Shown piece after piece: positions 56,451-64,000 of a stretch of DNA of 64,000 nt. The stretch spans positions 190,526,001 to 190,590,000 of the forward strand of contig OZ024743.1 in assembly GCA_964016885.1 (NCBI GenBank). The letters run 5' to 3'. This DNA is from Eledone cirrhosa. Lineage: Eukaryota. A program made the position numbers and the translations under genes. The notes below the pieces were generated by a model that worked only from the letters and a program-made list of their open reading frames with translations, did not search any database and had not been told where the DNA came from. Every line of letters starts with the position of its first letter. Within the stretch, counting starts at the first letter, position 1.

Positions 56451-56994
56451 TTCAGAATATTTATAAGCTTAATCTACAGAGCCAAAAACGGGTAAATAAA
56501 TATGTACAGTTCACCAATAAAGGTATCGAGATTAATTTATTACTAACAAATGTATCGTAAGTCGACTGTACTGAATTCAACTCCCTAATCATATCTGGTG
56601 AAGCCAGAGGAAACTAAACAGCTACAGTATTCAAGAACAACAGTTTAATTTCGTTTTATAGGCTTCTATCATTTTGTATTTAAAAAAAGAACGATTGTTT
56701 ACAAACACATACGTATGCATCCACACATATATATACAAGTTCTACCTATGTTTTAATCCTTCACATAATAAATTAGTCACTAGCAAAATATCTTCTCTTT
56801 TCTTTAGACTATAAGATGAGAGCTTCCCTCCTGCAAACAGATATCTTAGAATCTTAAATTGAAAAACAGTCCTGTTTTCCTACTCTACCACGGCGAACCT
56901 TAATAGCTTCAACATAGGATTAAATAATCAAGCTCCTAGGATTTTAACAAAAACCACAAGCATGAACCTGGACATGTATCTAACTCCATTATTA

Positions 56995-57060
56995 GAAAAT
57001 AAAGTACCAATAATACACTTGGTAATTGCTGGCCTTGTGCCAAAAGTAGAAACAATTATT
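56995..57060 (+). mobile_element. SINE family A 3' fragment
   Basis: aataaagtaccaataatacacttggtaattgctggccttgtgccaaaagtagaaacaatt. Confidence 0.75.
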
Positions 57061-58385
57061 AGAACTACTAATGTCTTTCCAACCTTCCACATTGGGGAGG
57101 GATACGCTCAACCATTTTGGTTTGTCTTTGCTAGTTATTAGTTACATGTCTCCAAACCTTTAAAGAATGACATGCGTGTTACTAAAGGTTTTTCGTTGTA
57201 CAGCAAAACAATACTAGGATTTCTGTTAATATGTACCGACATTGTACTGTCATCTGCAAATAACGGTGGGTTTCTTCGTCTCTAGGTTAATTAAGTATCA
57301 CTATGTTCACTGTTTCCACTATTGTTAGGACAAAATCATTAGAAGTACAAGTTAAAATCTAAATTGTTCAGATCTGTATACACTGTTCTATGATGACACC
57401 TAAATTATGATCTGTGAATTTCTTGTTGCATTAATTCACATGTGTGATCCTTTCAGATATTTTTCGTATGTATGAAATTGAGGGAGTTCTACGAAAGCCG
57501 TCTTGTATATTTTAAACATAGCACCACCGATATTTTCCCTATAAGAAGACAGATAGATAGAAAGATGAAGTGAGAAACGGATATGGAAGAAAATCGATTC
57601 CAATACTGAACTGGTGTTGTTTTATCGACCTCGAAAGATGAAAAGCAACATTGACCTCGGCGATATTTGAGGTCAGAGCGCAGAATACGGGAACCAATAA
57701 TGCAAAACTTTCAGATAGAAAATAAAACGATATATTATATAAAACTTATTTCCGAACTTACAGTTTTGTTAACCTACTAAGGTATAACTAGTAAATAATA
57801 CTTGTTGCTTCTCTGCTATGTGTTATTTGTAACATGGTATCCATTCTTCAGCTTTCAGTCTTTCAACACCAGGTATCGCTAACCAACACTTGTCTCTGTT
57901 CCCCGCACAGTGTTATGTGCATTGATTTACTCTTTTTGCTATCACAAAACTTTAGATATGATATTATCTGTTACGGATAACTTCAAGGATTATTACTGGT
58001 TCACTGTATGTCTGATGGCAGATATTTTACAGTGTTTGTATCTCGTTTGTGGAATACTCTGATTAGTAAATTTATTCGAGATTTCGTTTTAATTTGAATG
58101 TTTACATCTCTTTCCCGATACACATCGTCAAAGGATATTCACATACATATGAACGCACAAGTACACACAGGCACACAGCTACATGCATACTTACGTAGTA
58201 CATGCGTACACATAAGTATACATACTTTAATAAATAATAACTTCATGACTTGATGCGACAGTTAATTGTTTCATATTTAATAAACCTACACTTGTGGAAC
58301 AGACGGTGTTCACATAAAATAAGATCTATATATCAGCCTGAACAAAATGTATATATATATATAGAGAGAGAGAAAGAGAGAGACA

Positions 58386-58455
<70 letters not shown>

Positions 58456-58463
58456 TGCATATA

Positions 58464-58621
<158 letters not shown>

Positions 58622-59212
58622 TGTGTGTGTATGTATGTATATATGTATGTGTGTATAGAGAGGGAGAAGAAGAGAGAGTGTGAGAGAGATAAAGTGGATT
58701 GAGGGATAGTTTGATATATATATATATAGATACTTAATATGATATAGTATGTGTGTTTCTCTATTGTTTCTGTTTTCTATACAACATTATATTGAAGTAA
58801 TCTACAGAGATGAAAAGAGTTCCCCAACACTTTGTAAAAGAAAATACAATACAAGATGAAATGAAGCAAGTTAAGAAATGTTTCTATAATGTGAGATGCG
58901 AGGTAAAGAATTGCCTTCTATTTTCTTTTAACTTATTTACTATATTTGCTATTAACTATCTTAAAGAATAATGTATGCACCCCACCTCCACAAAATCTCC
59001 ATCACCCTCATCCACTTTCATCTCCCTCACCCGCATCCACTTTCATCTCACTCACCAATATTGTTTTATTTCTCATCACAATCTCACTAAACACCAGCCC
59101 TCCACCAACAATAACAAAGACGAAAACAATACAATATTTGCTTTATTTCAATTAAGACCTTGAGACATTTTCGATATACAGCGTATGTGATAACCATTAT
59201 GTTATTGCCCAT

Positions 59213-59998
<786 letters not shown>

Positions 59999-60054
59999 TA
60001 ATATATATATTTATATACATATATATATATTTATATATATATATATATATATAC

Positions 60055-60234
<180 letters not shown>

Positions 60235-60261
60235 TATATATGTATGTATATATATGTATAT

Positions 60262-60385
60262 ATACGATATTAACAAATGGAAACTATATTTATAAAACCA
60301 TATTTATTTCATTATACATATTTCAAGGACACCAAGTTAAATTATGGTGTGCTTTCATCAGATAAAATATTGACATACCCTTAAA
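60262..60385 (-). repeat. Third copy of the HHR-bearing repeat of 19952-20280
   Basis: acaaatggaaactatatttataaaacc...caaggacaccaagttaaattatggtgtgctttcatcagataaaat near-identical. Confidence 0.85.
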
Positions 60386-60399
60386 GAATGCATATTAAA

Positions 60400-60444
<45 letters not shown>

Positions 60445-60460
60445 ATAGGAACGAGTAGGA

Positions 60461-60530
60461 CCCCGACGGTTGAGCTAAAGCCGTTTCGACATTTTAATCC
60501 TGGTAAATGAATAGCCGAGCTTCTCAGGGG
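60461..60530 (-). ncRNA. Type I HHR (CUGAGAA core), stem II partly deleted
   Basis: Minus: ccc-CTGAGAA-gctcggcta...gtc-GAAA-cggctttagctcaaccg-TC-gggg. Confidence 0.6.
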
Positions 60531-61914
60531 TTAATATTCCATATATGGTAAAAGTGATTGTCACAAGGATTGGTAAAAAGTTTGTTGTTGAGACACATAA
60601 TTCTATCATGGCAATTTGTGGAAGGAAGGGGTAGCTGAACTTGCCAGTAGAAGAAAGAGGGAGAGGGAGTGGAGGAAACCCAGTCGTGCGTTGAAAGTGA
60701 CAACTACAGCAGAATCCTAAGGATAAGAGGTCAAGAGGGGAGGGGGAGTCGAAACAATAAGTAGATCTATATGGACTAAATCTATATAGAAAAATAAGAA
60801 TGTTAAAAATATAAAAAAATGTCTGGTTACTATTCCCCTACCACAATCATCAAGTCTCTCACTGGTACTGCTAAACTATAGAAAAGTTTAATAGGTGGGG
60901 CGGGATACTAAATACGAGATTGTAGTGAAAGAATTTTATGAGTTAGTAGTACTCGGCCTAATCTATCTTACAATGACAGGTCAACAAGTAGGGGCCAAAA
61001 TACTACAAAAAAAAAGAAAAAAAAACCTAATACGAAATATTAATTCAGAATCCCGAAAATGAATACTAATACGAGATATAAGAGTACCGCTACAATACAT
61101 AAATTCTAATGCAAACTACATAAATGCCCGTACTATATATAAGAAAAAATTAATACGAAAAATTAATTCAGAATCCCCCCCCCCCCCATAAATACTGATA
61201 TACGAGAAACTAAAGCAGAAATACCACTAAGAAATCTAGAAATCACGGAAATGGGGCAGCAATCAGATAAGAAAGCAAGTATCTGGGGTCTAGCACATCT
61301 GCTATAAAAAGCGGAGTCGGCCAATTCTATCATAGAATGGGGGGTGGGGTGGGGGTGGGGTGGGGGTGGGGGTATTGAGGCTACGGAGGACCGAAGGGCT
61401 GCCTCGGGGTGGGCGAGAAGGTGAAAAGAACGACGACAAAGAAAGAGAACTGGGGTAGAAGGACTAGGAAGGGATGGGGGAAGGAGGAAATATAGAGGAA
61501 ACGATAAAAAATATATAAGAAAATATTACGTCTACCTTTGTAAGCAGGGGTTACCCATTACAACGTCGGCAAGTGGGGTGTTACAGCCCTTGTCAACCCC
61601 CCCCCCCCCGGGTCATTATGGGGTTGGAGGTCGAGGTAAGTCCTACGCAATCTGTGTTTACATGCAGTTACCAGTTCGTCTTTCTTGTTTAGGAGTTGGT
61701 CCGTCGAAAACAGCATTTGTAATGTTTCCTCCGAGCATAAGTTACACGGACGGCGTCCTCCCGTGTAAGAGTAGGCTCTGGACAGTAAGCTCCAAGTGAG
61801 ATTATAGTTGTATTGTTATCTTTGAGGTCCCAGATGTGGCCCGAAAGTGTAGTGGCGTGAGTGACGCCGGGCCGGGTTTCGGAAAGTATCACTTTTACCA
61901 TATATGGAATATTA

Positions 61915-62007
61915 CCCCCTGAGAAGCTCGGCTATTCATTTACAGGAAAGAAATTTTCATTTAGTCCAGAATTAGCCGTCGAAATGGCTTGAGCTCAGCC
62001 GTAGGGG
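61915..62007 (+). ncRNA. Type I HHR (CUGAGAA core) with long near-palindromic stem III
   Basis: cccc-CTGAGAA-gctcggcta...tagccgtc-GAAA-tggcttgagctcagccg-TA-gggg. Confidence 0.75.
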
Positions 62008-62122
62008 TCCTACTCTTTCCTATATATATATATTTGTGTATGCGTATTTATGTATTTTGTATATGTGTATATATGTGTATTTCTTTAGATGTGTTTGTAT
62101 ATGTTTGTATATATGTATATAT

Positions 62123-62186
<64 letters not shown>

Positions 62187-62226
62187 ATGTATGTATATGT
62201 ATGTATATGTATATATATGTATATAT

Positions 62227-62320
<94 letters not shown>

Positions 62321-62413
62321 CTGTGTGTGTGTATGTATGTATATATATGTATATATAAATATATATGTATGTGTGTATATATGTATACATGTGTGTATGT
62401 TTATATATGTATG

Positions 62414-62492
<79 letters not shown>

Positions 62493-62619
62493 GGATACTA
62501 TTTATAGTTATGTATATACTATATACAACTATAAACAGGCAAGGTCAGTAATGTGTTACTACCTTATTACCAGCAAGATAAATATCTCAATGTAAGAACA
62601 TCATTTGTTATACAGAGCA

Positions 62620-64000
62620 GTAATATAGAATACACAAGAATCAAAGCTATGTTAGAACATTTAATTGCTGACAATTGTTTCTTACAAGCCTAGGCTTGGT
62701 GTCTTCGGAGCATTATTAATAATGTTTGTACATATAATCCCCCTCCTATTCCGCTGAAGAATCATACAGATACATATTGTGGAGAACATTGTGGGATGGA
62801 TGCGACATATATTATGTTATACTATAATTGTACAATAAGATTCAAAATAAAAATTAAAGGCTTTCGCTGGAGCACCTGTGACAGATAAGAGCGTCAACTA
62901 AATAAATAAAATTAAAGAGACAGTACGTGCGTTAGTCATATATAAAGCAATTGAACAAGCAAAAGTATCAAGCATATATGAATGCTGGGTGTTGCATACA
63001 AAATACAAGCACTTAAAGCGGGTGTGTTATTATATTATGGTGGCTGCAATGCGGAGATATTTTCTGTGTAGATCAAATATGTGTGTGTGTAGAATAAGAA
63101 AGTTCCAGGTTTCACATCCATTACATTTGTCACGATATATTTGTATTGAGTGTCTGTTATAGTAATGGCTTGTAATGTAAAGTAACTTAGTGTTATTTAG
63201 TCCGTATCGTATACTACATTTGTAGAGCTGGGAGAATTTACTACTGTTTAATACCCGGAAGTGGGAATGGAAATAAGGGGAGCTAATGCGTAAGGGGAGG
63301 TAACTAGCTCATTATAAAAATAATTAAACTCATTGTTCTAAGGGACATTATATAGTGTTATAATTGAGGGCCTAATATAGAAAATATATATTTATATTTA
63401 ATTTAATTTAAACCCAGTCTACTCTCTCCTAATACATTAAGGTATCATTATAAAGTTGCCTATCAAGTATTATAAAGTGCCATAATTGAATTTCCCATAC
63501 AAAGTGTTATATATTTATATTAATTTAATCTTAGATACAGTCTACCCTCCCAAAATATATCAAAGATTTTACTAGATTGCTGTCTACCCAGTATATGGTA
63601 CGCTATGTAATACCGTATAGCTGTTTGCATGGTAAAATAGATATATCTCTAGAGTAAATAAACACATCCTTTATATACAATGTTATTAATGTTAATCCAT
63701 ACATTTGATTATAGATGTATACATAATTCATTGTACCATAGTACTGTGAATTATTGCTAAATATGGTTTCGTTATAAGATAGATTAGAGATTCTGTTAGA
63801 AATACCTTTAGTGATAGAGTTTAATATGGTCTAGGGTGGTTGGTAGGGTGTATATACTTTAGAGTCTAGGTAAAGGGTAGCATCAAGGAAGTTAACATTT
63901 GTAGTGTTTTTGTCTATGGTGATAGTTAAGTTATAGTTTTTGAAGGTTTTATGTAACAGTTTCCTTGTTCTTTCTATATTAAATTTGTTATAGTCTATAA
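62620..64000 (-). mobile_element. Decayed Penelope-like element (RT C-terminus/thumb to GIY-YIG remnant, 3' HHR); runs off the window
   Basis: Minus: RKLLHKTFKNYNLTITIDKNTTNVNFLDATLYLDS, ITKGISNRISNLSYNETIF, DKCNGCETWNFLIL, ISPHCSH; HHR at 62666-62712 on the same strand downstream. Confidence 0.7.
62666..62712 (-). ncRNA. Type I HHR with CCGAAGA core
   Basis: Minus: tgct-CCGAAGA-cac-caagcctaggcttg-taa-GAAA-caattg-TC-agca. Confidence 0.7.

Larger units (their letters stand above)
60445..62025 (-). mobile_element. 5'-truncated Penelope-like element with inverted pseudo-LTRs
   Basis: 60445-60558 is the reverse complement of 61888-62025; minus 61630-61862 encodes HATTLSGHIWDLKDNN / LTWSLLSRAYSYTGGRRPCNLCSEETLQMLFSTDQLLNKKDELVTACKHR (GIY-YIG C-terminus). 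Confidence 0.88.

Noticed and set aside
62752-62870. Plus-strand CTGAAGA...gattc-AAAA possible HHR
   Set aside because: No GAAA and no stem III

Overview
AT-rich, microsatellite-dense eukaryotic DNA, probably cephalopod/octopus-like (inferred from the Nin-type tRNA-SINE family and extreme (AT)n/(AG)n/(GT)n content). I can support no host-gene exon; most of the supplied ORFs are microsatellite artefacts. The window is mostly mobile-element sequence. It holds a nearly intact RTE/BovB-type LINE with three C-terminal C2H2 fingers, a decayed Tx1 LINE, a DD37-type Tc1/mariner, CRE, R4/Dong and RTE-X remnants, three Penelope-like (GIY-YIG) remnants and two SINE families. The most interesting signal is RNA structure that the ORF track does not show. 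About ten hammerhead-ribozyme (HHR) motifs sit in Penelope pseudo-LTRs and in a ~320-bp retrozyme-like repeat. Most have palindromic stem III, and several carry recurrent non-canonical cores (U3-A8, CCGANGA, CUGAGAA, very long stem II). A ~600-bp non-autonomous RTE derivative keeps a candidate 5' HDV-like ribozyme, a covarying 5'-UTR structure and the RTE 3' stem-loop. All folds and translations were done by eye and need computational and biochemical confirmation.
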